Origin: Aulosira sp. ZfuVER01
Lineage (GTDB): Bacteria > Cyanobacteriota > Cyanobacteriia > Cyanobacteriales > Nostocaceae
NCBI GenBank assembly: GCA_034530615.2
Contig: JAVRCV020000015.1
Location: 1-64,000 of the forward strand
Reading direction: 5' to 3'
DNA length: 64,000 nt
The translations under genes were made by a program, and so were the position numbers. This document shows, piece after piece, positions 50,514-60,413 of the stretch (positions are counted from its first letter, which is position 1; every line of letters begins with the position of its first letter). The notes beneath the pieces are model-generated. The model ran no database searches. It saw only the letters and a list, made by a program, of their open reading frames with translations, and was not told the DNA's origin.

Positions 50514-53500
50514 ATGTTAGTACTATCAGATACTGTATCTCCTATACTTGGTCATCGCATTACTGAGCAAATATATTCAGGTCAAAAAACCTTAGTTTAT
50601 CGGGCTATTAGAGAAAAAGACCAGCAATCAGTTATTTTAAAACTGATGCGCAATGAAGATCCTAACTTTGCTGAAATTAATCAGTTCCGCAATCAATACA
50701 CAATTACCCAAAATCTTGAAGTTCCGGGAATAGTCAAACTACTAAGCCTAGAAAATTACCATAATAGATATGCTATAGTCATGGAAGATTTTGGGGGGCT
50801 AGCCCTGAATCTCTGGCGCATAGAAGAGCAGCAACAGGGAAAAAATACTGTTTCATTAAGTCAGTTTTTTGATATTGCTATTGAAATTTCTACAACTTTG
50901 GAAGGCTTGCATCGCCATCGCATCATTCACAAAGATATCAAGCCTGCAAACATCCTCATTCATCCCATAACAGGTAAGACTAAAATTATTGATTTTAGCC
51001 TTGCTACTTTATTACCAAAAGAAATTCAATTTCTCACAAATCCTAACGTCTTAGAAGGGACTTTAGCTTATATTTCCCCTGAACAAACAGGACGGATGAA
51101 TCGAGGTATAGACTACCGTACCGACTTTTATTCTTTGGGTGTCACCTTTTTTGAACTCCTGACTGGGCAGTTACCTTTCTGTAGCACTGAACCTATGGAG
51201 TTAGTCTACTCTCACATTGCCAAAGAACCACCAAAAGCCAGCTTGATTAACTCCAATATTCCTACAATTGTATCTGATATTATCAGCAAACTGATGGCTA
51301 AAAATGCCGAAGACCGATATCAGAGCGCGCATGGACTCAGATATGATTTGGAAATATGCCGCAACCAATGGCAAGAGAAAGGAAATATTACGAGCTTTGA
51401 ATTAGCAAGCCGGGATATCTCCAACCATTTTGCTATTCCAGAAAAACTTTATGGTCGCCAACGAGAGATTGAAATTTTACTCACTACTTTTGATCGAGTG
51501 ACAAGCGGTAACACAGAAATGATCTTAGTCGCTGGTTACTCAGGAATTGGTAAAACTGCTGTGGTTAATGAAGTCCACAAACCTATTGCAAGACAGCGTA
51601 GTTACTTTATTAAAGGGAAATTCGACCAGTTCCAACGTGAGATACCATTGTCAGGATTGGTGCAAGCTTTGCGGGATTTAATTGGGCAACTACTCTCGGA
51701 AACAGATGCCCAAATTCAACAATGGAAAGCCAAAATTCTATTAGCATTGGGTACGCAATCCCAGGTAATTATTGATGTCATTCCTGAACTAGAAAGAATT
51801 ATTGGTCAACAACCTCCAGTTGCTGAATTAGCTAGTGGTGCTTCTCAAAATCGATTCAATTTATTGTTCCAGAGATTTATTCAGGTTTTTACTACTAAAG
51901 AGCATCCTCTGGTCATCTTTCTAGATGATTTGCAATGGGCAGATACAACTTCCTTAAAAGTTATTCAATTATTAATGAGTGGAACTTCTTCTCGTCTTAC
52001 TAATGAGACAGAGAATATATCTGAGAGTAAAGCGGCTCTGCTAATGATTGGGGCATATAGAGATAATGAGGTATTAAATTCACATCCATTACATTTGACA
52101 CTACAAGAACTTGCTAAAACCGGAGCAGTAATTAATACAATTAGGCTCTCCCCTTTGAGTCAGGTTGATTTAAATCATCTGATTGCTGATACACTGCATA
52201 GTCGAGAAGCTATCGCTGTGCCTCTGACTCAAATGGTTTTTGCCAAAACTAAAGGTAATCCCTTCTTTGCCGCTCAATTTCTCAAGTTATTATATGATGA
52301 CGAACTCATTAAATTAAATTTTGATGCTGGACATTGGCAGTACGATATTAACAAAATTAAAACATTATCTCTTACAGATGATGTAGTAGAATTTATAGGC
52401 ATTCAAATAGAAAAATTGCCCGAAAATACACAAAATGTATTAAAAATTTCTGCTTGTATTGGTAATGAGTTTGACTTAAAAACATTATCAATTGTTAATG
52501 AAAAATCTTTAATAGATACTGCCTCAGATTTATGGCAAGCATTAATTGAAGGGCTAATTGTACCTCAGAAAGATGGTTATAATCTGGTAGTAGAGGATGA
52601 TAGGCAATTATTAAGTCTTTCAAATCGAGAATCAGAAAATTTATCAATTACCAATTCCCAATTACCCAAATATAAATTTGTACATGACCGAGTTCAGCAA
52701 GCAGCTTATTCTCTAATTTCCCAAGAGCAAATAAAGCAAATACATTTAAGAATAGGACTACTTTTATTAAAAAATATCCCAGTTGCTGAACGAGGAGAAA
52801 AGATATTTGAGTTAGTGAATCAGTTGAATATTGCAGTTGAATTCATCAGCGATCGCCCTAAACTTGATGAGCTAGCCCAAATGAATTTGATTGCTGGGCG
52901 TAAAGCTTTGGTATCAACAGCTTATTCATCTGCGCTTAAGTATTTAACTACGGGAATTGAGCTACTAGCAGATGATAGTTGGGAGACAAATTATGAGCTA
53001 ACTCTAGCTTTGTATGAAATAGCAGTAGAAGCAGCATACTTAGCTGGTGACTTTGAGCAGATGGAGCAATTAGCAGATGTGGTATTAGTAAAAGCGAAAA
53101 CACTCTTAGAAAAAGTCAAAGTCTATGAAGTTAAAATTCAGGCTTATGGAGCGCAGAATCAAATAATAGAAGCAGTCAATATTGCACTAGTAGTTTTGAA
53201 ATTATTTGGAGTAGAGTTTCCAGAAAATCCCAATCAGTCAGATGTCCAGCTTGAAATGGAGAAAATAACTTTAAGTCTAGCTAATCGATGCGTTGGAGAC
53301 TTAATCAATCTACCAGAAATGGAAGATGTCAAAGTACTAGCAGTCATGCGTATTCTATCCAGTATCATTGTTTATGCTAGTCAAGCTTTTCCTGAGCTTT
53401 TTCCATTAATTGTTTTGAAACAAGTAAACTTATCGCTCGAATATGGTAATGCTTCCTTATCTGCTTTTAGTTATGTTGTTTATGGGTTATTCCTCTGTGG

Positions 53501-56132
53501 ATTATTAGAAGATATTGAATCTAGCTATCAATTTGGTAAATTAGCTGAAAGTCTTGTAACTAAGTTCCAAGATAAAAAAATTACGGCTAAAGTTATCCAA
53601 GCATTTAATGCTCATATTAAGCATGGAAAAGAGCATATCAAAGAACTAACAGAGCCTTTTTTAGAAGCTTACTCTGCCGGACTAGAAACTGGAGATTTAG
53701 AATTTGCAGTATATTCTATTAATGCCTATTGCTATGCTTCATTTTTTATGGGAAGAGAACTGACAACACTACAACAGGAAATGGCAGTATACAGTAATGC
53801 CATAAGCCATTTGAAGCAAGAAATGGTATTGCAATGGAATCAAATATATCACCAAACAGTGCTAAATTTGCTGAAAAATTTTGACAGTCCTTGCAATTTA
53901 ATTGGTGAAGCTTATGATGAAGTAACAAAACTACCTATTCACCTTACAGCTAATGATGGTATAGCACTTTTACGCTTATATATAAGCAAGCTTCATCTGT
54001 GTTATTTATTTGATAATTACAATGAAGCACTTGACAATGCAAAAAAGGCAGAAAAGTACTTATATGCTGGATTAGGATCTTTATTTATACCTCAATTTTA
54101 TTTTTACGATTCACTAGTAAGGCTGGCAGTATACCCTGATAGCACAGAGTCTGAACAGGAGGATATTCTACTCAAGGTAACAAGTAATCAGGAAAAAATG
54201 CGCCATTATGCAGATCATGCTCCGATGAATTACTTGCATAAATTTTATTTGGTAGAGGCTGAGACACATCGAATTAAAGGTGAATATCTCGAAGCAATAG
54301 AAGTTTACGATCGCCCTATTAGTCTTGCTAAAGAAAACGAGTACATTCATGAAGAAGCACTCGCTTATGAACTGGCTGGTAAGTTCTATCTCAAATGGGG
54401 TAAACAGAGAATTGCCCAACTCTACCTCACTGATGCTTATTATTGCTACGTTCGCTGGGGAGCATTAACCAAAGTTGATGACTTACAAAAACGCTATTCT
54501 CAATTACTGGTTCCCATCACTCAACCAGAAAAACTTAGCCATTCTTGCAGTGAAAAAAACCTACCTGAACTGAGCATACACCTATCTACACTCAGCAATA
54601 AATCTACTCGGGTTACGAATGAAACTGTGATTGGCTCCAACACCAGTATTTCCGATATGTTGGATTTAGCAACTGTTATTAAAGCTTCTCAAGTAGTCTC
54701 AGGAGAAATTGAACTAGAGGCGCTTCTTTCTACTTTAATGGAAGTTGTGATACAGAATGCAGGAGCTTCTAAATGTGTTTTGATATTGGGTGAAGTTAAT
54801 AACTTAGAATTAACTGTTACTGCAATTAGTTCTGGTTCCACTTTTGAAAGTACTCATACAGAATTTTTATCCATTCCCCTAGAATCAAGTAATATCGTTC
54901 CTATTTCTTTGATTAATTATGTCAAACGTACTCAAGAAATATTAGTAATTGATGACGTTAAAGCTCAAGCTTCTTTTACATTAGATACCTATATTACCCG
55001 TGAGGAACCAAAGAGCATATTATGTATCCCCATGCTGAATCAAGGTAAATTGCTAGGGCTGATTTATCTCGAAAATAATTTAACTACGGGAGCATTTACA
55101 CGCGATCGCCTAGAAGTACTTAAACTCTTAACTGCCCAAGCATCAATCTCTCTAGAAAATGCCATGCTCTACAAAAATTTGGCTAAAGCTAATGAGCGCT
55201 TGGAGGAATACAGCCATGTACTAGAGGAAAGAGTGGTAGTCAGAACAGCAGAAATTAATGAAAAAAATAAACATCTGCAAGCAGCACTAGAGGAATTACA
55301 AAGTACTCAAAGTCAATTAATCCAAAGTGAAAAAATGTCTTCTTTAGGGCAAATGGTAGCAGGAATTGCTCATGAAATTAATAACCCAATCAACTTTATT
55401 CATGGCAATATTGCCCACGCAAGTAACTATGTTCAAGACTTGCTAGATTTGATTAATATTTATCAGCAAGAATATCCCCATCCCTCGGCTTTAGTAGAGG
55501 AAAAAATTCAGGATATAGATGTAGAATTCCTGACAGAAGACCTACCAAGGGTTCTCGATTCTATGAAGCTGGGAAGTTCCCGTATCCGGAATATTATCCT
55601 GAGCTTACGTAACTTCTCTCGTCTAGATGAATCGGAAATGAAGCCTGTAAATATTCATGAGGGAATTGACAGTACCTTAATGATTTTGCAGCATCGACTC
55701 AAGGAAAAGAATGACCGTCCAGAAATTACAGTTATCAAAGAATACGCAAATCTGCCAAATATTAGTTGCTATGCTGGTCAACTCAACCAGGTGTTTATGA
55801 ATATCTTAAGTAATGCGATCGATGCTTTAGAGGAGTACAAGCATGAAGAAGATTCTCCAATTGAAAATCCTCAGATTCGCATTCGCACTGAACTAGGAGA
55901 AGCAAACACCCTGAAGATTCGGATTTCTGATAACGGTCATGGTATGACTGCACAGGTACAGCAGAAAATATTTGATCCATTTTTTACTACTAAGCCAGTA
56001 GGAAGCGGTACGGGGTTGGGTTTGTCAATTAGCTATCAAGTAGTGGTAGATAAACACAAAGGTCAGTTAAGCTGTGATTCAACTCCTGGAAAAGGGACTG
56101 AGTTTGTAATTGAAATTCCCATGCAACAGTGA
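50514..56132 (+). CDS. Multidomain Ser/Thr kinase-AAA ATPase-GAF-histidine kinase (HstK/Pkn type)
   Basis: HKDIKPANI, GTLAYISPEQTGR, GYSGIGKT, LDDLQWAD, GAF, AHEINNP, GTGLGL. Confidence 0.95.
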   Translation: MLVLSDTVSPILGHRITEQIYSGQKTLVYRAIREKDQQSVILKLMRNEDPNFAEINQFRNQYTITQNLEVPGIVKLLSLENYHNRYAIVMEDFGGLALNLWRIEEQQQGKNTVSLSQFFDIAIEISTTLEGLHRHRIIHKDIKPANILIHPITGKTKIIDFSLATLLPKEIQFLTNPNVLEGTLAYISPEQTGRMNRGIDYRTDFYSLGVTFFELLTGQLPFCSTEPMELVYSHIAKEPPKASLINSNIPTIVSDIISKLMAKNAEDRYQSAHGLRYDLEICRNQWQEKGNITSFELASRDISNHFAIPEKLYGRQREIEILLTTFDRVTSGNTEMILVAGYSGIGKTAVVNEVHKPIARQRSYFIKGKFDQFQREIPLSGLVQALRDLIGQLLSETDAQIQQWKAKILLALGTQSQVIIDVIPELERIIGQQPPVAELASGASQNRFNLLFQRFIQVFTTKEHPLVIFLDDLQWADTTSLKVIQLLMSGTSSRLTNETENISESKAALLMIGAYRDNEVLNSHPLHLTLQELAKTGAVINTIRLSPLSQVDLNHLIADTLHSREAIAVPLTQMVFAKTKGNPFFAAQFLKLLYDDELIKLNFDAGHWQYDINKIKTLSLTDDVVEFIGIQIEKLPENTQNVLKISACIGNEFDLKTLSIVNEKSLIDTASDLWQALIEGLIVPQKDGYNLVVEDDRQLLSLSNRESENLSITNSQLPKYKFVHDRVQQAAYSLISQEQIKQIHLRIGLLLLKNIPVAERGEKIFELVNQLNIAVEFISDRPKLDELAQMNLIAGRKALVSTAYSSALKYLTTGIELLADDSWETNYELTLALYEIAVEAAYLAGDFEQMEQLADVVLVKAKTLLEKVKVYEVKIQAYGAQNQIIEAVNIALVVLKLFGVEFPENPNQSDVQLEMEKITLSLANRCVGDLINLPEMEDVKVLAVMRILSSIIVYASQAFPELFPLIVLKQVNLSLEYGNASLSAFSYVVYGLFLCGLLEDIESSYQFGKLAESLVTKFQDKKITAKVIQAFNAHIKHGKEHIKELTEPFLEAYSAGLETGDLEFAVYSINAYCYASFFMGRELTTLQQEMAVYSNAISHLKQEMVLQWNQIYHQTVLNLLKNFDSPCNLIGEAYDEVTKLPIHLTANDGIALLRLYISKLHLCYLFDNYNEALDNAKKAEKYLYAGLGSLFIPQFYFYDSLVRLAVYPDSTESEQEDILLKVTSNQEKMRHYADHAPMNYLHKFYLVEAETHRIKGEYLEAIEVYDRPISLAKENEYIHEEALAYELAGKFYLKWGKQRIAQLYLTDAYYCYVRWGALTKVDDLQKRYSQLLVPITQPEKLSHSCSEKNLPELSIHLSTLSNKSTRVTNETVIGSNTSISDMLDLATVIKASQVVSGEIELEALLSTLMEVVIQNAGASKCVLILGEVNNLELTVTAISSGSTFESTHTEFLSIPLESSNIVPISLINYVKRTQEILVIDDVKAQASFTLDTYITREEPKSILCIPMLNQGKLLGLIYLENNLTTGAFTRDRLEVLKLLTAQASISLENAMLYKNLAKANERLEEYSHVLEERVVVRTAEINEKNKHLQAALEELQSTQSQLIQSEKMSSLGQMVAGIAHEINNPINFIHGNIAHASNYVQDLLDLINIYQQEYPHPSALVEEKIQDIDVEFLTEDLPRVLDSMKLGSSRIRNIILSLRNFSRLDESEMKPVNIHEGIDSTLMILQHRLKEKNDRPEITVIKEYANLPNISCYAGQLNQVFMNILSNAIDALEEYKHEEDSPIENPQIRIRTELGEANTLKIRISDNGHGMTAQVQQKIFDPFFTTKPVGSGTGLGLSISYQVVVDKHKGQLSCDSTPGKGTEFVIEIPMQQ

Positions 56133-56337
56133 GATCACGAGTAGAATTATTGCAAAAATCGCAATAGGAAGAAAAGGAACCACAGATAAACGCCGATATT
56201 TATCTGTGTTTATCTGTGGTTTGATATCCAAAAAATCGACTTATGCAAGAGGTCTAATGACAAATGAAAAATGACTCTTTCCAGTCAGAGGGGGGGAATC
56301 AGAATTTCCTTTCGCCTCCCGCCCTCTGCCTTTTTTG

Positions 56338-57930
56338 CTAACAATGAGCTATTGCAAGTTTCTTTGTTGTATGCAAATTTTTGATATAGGCATAATGGGA
56401 AGGTAACTCACTTAATAGGTCTGCTGTTTTGATCTGTACAGAATTAAAAATCGTCTCTGCCTTTTCTAAGGAATGCTTTTTGTGATTTAAGATAGGCAAG
56501 ATTGCATCAGGTAAGTAATTCATTCCTGTTAAGATTGCCATGTAATTACTATTAGTCCAGAATCTGTCAAAGCCTGCATCAAAGACTTGGTTATATCCAA
56601 ACTCGTCTGTATAGGGAATATTAATCGGGGCCCCAGCCTTATAGACATTTAAGAGAGCCTGCAATGATTGAGGAATTTTGAGATCGAACTTATTCGCCTT
56701 CCAGAATGACGTGTCTTCTCTAGAGGTGGTGCAATAGTGCAAGACGATAAAATCTCTGACATCATCAATCATGTAAGCAATTCTTTCATTGAACTTGTCT
56801 CGCAAATTAGGACTCATGCTCTTGTCAGGGAAATACCTCAGCAATTGCTTCAAAGCTGCGTAAATAAAGTAGATTCCTGTTGACTCTAACGGTTCGATAA
56901 ACCCACTAGCAAGTCCTAAACTGACGCAGTTCTTGACCCAGGAACGCTCAGTTCTGCCTACTCTCATTTTGAGATGCTTAACTTCAATGTCTTTATCTTC
57001 AATCCCATGAAATGCTCTAAACTCTTGTTCAGCTGATTCTGGGGTTTGGAATTTTTGTGAGTAGACATAGCCTGTACCTAGTCGTTCATACAGCGGAATT
57101 TCCCATACCCACCCGGAACTGAGAGCTGTTGCTGTTGTGTAAGGTCTAAAGTTATCGTCGTTGTCGTTGGTCGGGATTGGCACCGCAACAGCGCGATCGC
57201 ATAGTAAACTCTCTGAATAGGATAAGAACGGCTCTTTTAGAGCTTCATTAATTAGCAGACCGCGAAAACCTGAACAGTCTAAATATAAATCTGCTGTGTA
57301 ACTATCGCCTTTTTGGGTTTTTAAAGAGCTAATGGCACCTGTATTGTCTAGAACTACATCGCTAACTTGATCGATGACACGCACAACTCCTCGTTCGATA
57401 GCCCATTTGGTCAAGAATTCAGCAACCATACTGGCATCAAAATGATATGCATAGTTGGCTCCTACACTTCCATCTAAGAATTTAGGAGATTTGTAATTTT
57501 CGCACAGTACTGAGCTAGGGTAACAGCAATCAGCCATCGAACGTTCATATCCATTTAGGCGTTTTTTCAGCCAGTAATGCGTTAACGGAACACCATCGCA
57601 TTCTTTAGATTCCCCAAAGATGTGATAGAACTTATTATTGTTATTGCTAAATGGTGCATAAGCCCAATTAACATACTTAATGCCTATCTTGAATGTCGCT
57701 TTACATTGTGGCATCCACTCTGATTCGGGAATTTCTAAAAAATCAAAGAAATCTGTGCGGATACTTGGTACAGTTGCTTCCCCTACACCAACTGTGGGAA
57801 TTCGATCCGACTCAATCAAAGTAATAGCAACACTTCCTTGCAGTGCTTTGATTAAATATGCGGCGGACATCCAACCAGTTGTACCACCACCGACAATAAG
57901 TATGCTTTGTATATTGTTAGCTGAATCCAT
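56338..57930 (-). CDS. Flavin-dependent tryptophan halogenase (PrnA/RebH/Thal-like)
   Basis: GGGTTGW, GVGEAT, ATFKIGI (catalytic Lys), AYHFDA, WVWEIP, FIEPLESTGI, FWTNSNY. Confidence 0.93.
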   Translation of the reverse strand: MDSANNIQSILIVGGGTTGWMSAAYLIKALQGSVAITLIESDRIPTVGVGEATVPSIRTDFFDFLEIPESEWMPQCKATFKIGIKYVNWAYAPFSNNNNKFYHIFGESKECDGVPLTHYWLKKRLNGYERSMADCCYPSSVLCENYKSPKFLDGSVGANYAYHFDASMVAEFLTKWAIERGVVRVIDQVSDVVLDNTGAISSLKTQKGDSYTADLYLDCSGFRGLLINEALKEPFLSYSESLLCDRAVAVPIPTNDNDDNFRPYTTATALSSGWVWEIPLYERLGTGYVYSQKFQTPESAEQEFRAFHGIEDKDIEVKHLKMRVGRTERSWVKNCVSLGLASGFIEPLESTGIYFIYAALKQLLRYFPDKSMSPNLRDKFNERIAYMIDDVRDFIVLHYCTTSREDTSFWKANKFDLKIPQSLQALLNVYKAGAPINIPYTDEFGYNQVFDAGFDRFWTNSNYMAILTGMNYLPDAILPILNHKKHSLEKAETIFNSVQIKTADLLSELPSHYAYIKNLHTTKKLAIAHC

Positions 57931-58116
57931 AAAGTTTCTCCTGCAATTCTAATTGTGAATTTTGACAGTTGAATTTTGCTCTCTTGCACTAAATGGCAGC
58001 AAGATAAGCGCTAGTGAGAGAATTTCAATGGTTGCAAAACTTTGAGGAGTCTAAAGAGAATTTAGGACTGGGAGATTGCTCCGACTCCTCCCAATACTAT
58101 TGATTTTCCCAAGCTT

Positions 58117-59667
58117 TTATCGGTAATCGGCAATGCCCACTTCTACGGTGTTACTTATCCAAGAATCATTTGCAGATAATGGCTTTTTAGCCTGTAATTC
58201 TTGCCGCAGGTTCTTGTAGGCTGAGGGACTCAATGGCATCATCATCTCTGCAAACGAACCAGTTTGGCGAAGTTTAGCACCCATGTCACGCATGAGATAG
58301 TCTAAATAGTGAAAACTAAAGGGGAAAAAGCACGTTCCACTATACAAACCTCTTGGCGTTTTAGTCAGTCTCCAGTCCAACTCTGCGTCTATATCCTTGA
58401 GCATCTCTGAGCGTGAAGGTAATTCTAAGTTGCCTTTGACATACTCAATTAGCCACCGAGAGCCAATCTCCGATGATAGAGTCCCAGAAAAAGTACTGTT
58501 GTAGCCAACAAAACCCATCTCAGGAACATCAGGGTGAATGAGATTGCGGTATAGATGAAAGATACCCTGGCGATCGATAATCTGCTGACGATACTGGTCT
58601 TGCAAAAAGGGGATATTCTGGTGGAATCCGGTTGCGAAGATAATTACATCGGCTGATAACTGCTCACCATTTGCCAATTCCACACCACCAGGGACAAACC
58701 TTTCTATGGTCGTCTTTTTAGCACGTATTTTGCCCTGACGCACATATTTATAGAAGTTTTTCGTAGCTATGCTTAAGGGACAGTTGATAAATCCTTCGAT
58801 TGGTTCGTCAGGTAACATCCCACAAGCATCTAAACGTAACTGTAGGCGTAGTAGCATCTCCAAAGTTCGCCAAAAAGCCCAGACTAAAGGCTTACCTACT
58901 GTATGCAACACCTTCTCTACTCCACGAAGTCTGCGGTATGGAAACCAGACTTGCCCCAAGCGCGTTAACATCAAATATTTGATGTTGATGAATCCGAGAA
59001 AGTATCGAGGAATTTTCCAAGACGCTTGACGGAAAACAAGCGTACATTCAGAAGCTTTATCAACCGCGAAAGTTGCTATGTCAGCCGCCGATTTTGCAAA
59101 ACCAACAACGACGACCCGTTTACCTTGGATGAGAGAATCATCATTAATATCAGTGGAATGCAACACCAATCCTCCAGAGTTGATAAACTCTGCCATACCA
59201 GGAAAAGCAAGCACTTTTGGAATGTTGCAAGTACCATTGCAGACAAGAATAAAGTCTAATTCATGTTTTTCCTGGCTTGTTGTTCCTTGAGGGTGATTCT
59301 TGTAGCTGACGCTAACAACCCATCCTGATTTTTTCGCGGTGTTCCTTTCGACTTGAGTCACTTCTGCTTGGAAGCGAATCTTCTCTGCAATGCCAAAGTG
59401 TTGTGCGTAGGACTCTAGGTAATTCCGCACCTGCTCGCCTGTGGGAGCTTCTGGATAGAATGCAGGCATGGGATAATCGGAAAAAGCATACATATCACGA
59501 GGGCTTTGGGTGGTTACTCCTGGATAACTTCTCGACTTTTCCCATACACCGCCAAGTCCTTTCTGTTTCTCGAATACTGTTACTTCGTAACCTTCTTCAA
59601 GAAAAGTTTTAGCTGCGACTAAACCGCTGAGACCAGCGCCAATAACGCCAATACGTTGAATATTCAT
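58117..59667 (-). CDS. Class B flavin-containing monooxygenase (FMO-like)
   Basis: GAGLSG, GGVW, G..LHS, GFAKSA and FATGF motifs. Confidence 0.9.
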   Translation of the reverse strand: MNIQRIGVIGAGLSGLVAAKTFLEEGYEVTVFEKQKGLGGVWEKSRSYPGVTTQSPRDMYAFSDYPMPAFYPEAPTGEQVRNYLESYAQHFGIAEKIRFQAEVTQVERNTAKKSGWVVSVSYKNHPQGTTSQEKHELDFILVCNGTCNIPKVLAFPGMAEFINSGGLVLHSTDINDDSLIQGKRVVVVGFAKSAADIATFAVDKASECTLVFRQASWKIPRYFLGFINIKYLMLTRLGQVWFPYRRLRGVEKVLHTVGKPLVWAFWRTLEMLLRLQLRLDACGMLPDEPIEGFINCPLSIATKNFYKYVRQGKIRAKKTTIERFVPGGVELANGEQLSADVIIFATGFHQNIPFLQDQYRQQIIDRQGIFHLYRNLIHPDVPEMGFVGYNSTFSGTLSSEIGSRWLIEYVKGNLELPSRSEMLKDIDAELDWRLTKTPRGLYSGTCFFPFSFHYLDYLMRDMGAKLRQTGSFAEMMMPLSPSAYKNLRQELQAKKPLSANDSWISNTVEVGIADYR

Positions 59668-59699
59668 GTTCTCAATGCGTAAGTCTATATTGTCTTGAT

Positions 59700-60413
59700 T
59701 TAGGCAACTTTTAATGGTTGCTCAATCTGGTAGGTTTTGGCATAAACCAACAGCTCATTTGTCAATTTTGTAAAAACTGTAAATAAGTTTTCGACTAATT
59801 CAAAAGCTTCTTGCCTGTTCACTTCTGATAGTTGTATATCTTGTATAAATTGCTCTATACCAGATGAACCTGTCATGTGTCCCGTTTCAACATCTAAATG
59901 GAAATCTGCAAAATATCTGCATGGTTTTTGAGTAATTACTTTAATTTCTTTACCAATCTCTGCTGCTATTGAAAACATAACATTACCTGTTGATTCTATA
60001 ACTTCAATGACTATCAACTTCTGAATAGGAGTAGCCTGCGAAGTATATTTATACAGTTGATAGTTTAACCAGCGATTATTTTTAGTTTCTTCACCCCAAA
60101 GAAATTTTAATGCATCACTAAATTTCAGCGATTTGTCAAGTTCTAAGTTCTTTATGTCTTCCAAAAACCACAGCCAATGGTGATCGTCTTCATAAGTATG
60201 CTTGTTAATTAGTATTTGCAGAGGCTCGCTAGTTGGTTCTACTCGTAAAAAATATTTGTTCAGTTCTCCAAAATTCATAATGAAATGAGCAGCGCATGGT
60301 GCCCAAGCCAGCCTTTGTTTGGGATCTATGCTTTGGTCTTGCATAAATTTAAATAATGGCAACTGAGCAAATTCCTGCTTTTTGTGTTGAATTAATGCTA
60401 GGACTTCTTTCAT
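59700..60413 (-). CDS. Heme-oxygenase-fold diiron enzyme, AetD-like
   Basis: 237 aa; HTYEDDHHWLWFLED, EVIE and HLDVETGH motifs and the MKEVLALIQHKKQEFAQLPLF start match AetD as I recall it. Confidence 0.75.
   Translation of the reverse strand: MKEVLALIQHKKQEFAQLPLFKFMQDQSIDPKQRLAWAPCAAHFIMNFGELNKYFLRVEPTSEPLQILINKHTYEDDHHWLWFLEDIKNLELDKSLKFSDALKFLWGEETKNNRWLNYQLYKYTSQATPIQKLIVIEVIESTGNVMFSIAAEIGKEIKVITQKPCRYFADFHLDVETGHMTGSSGIEQFIQDIQLSEVNRQEAFELVENLFTVFTKLTNELLVYAKTYQIEQPLKVA

Noticed and set aside
58117..59667. Calling the FMO AetF and the cluster the aetokthonotoxin locus
   Set aside because: It has ordinary FMO motifs and is shorter than AetF as I recall it; the P450 and tryptophanase genes are absent
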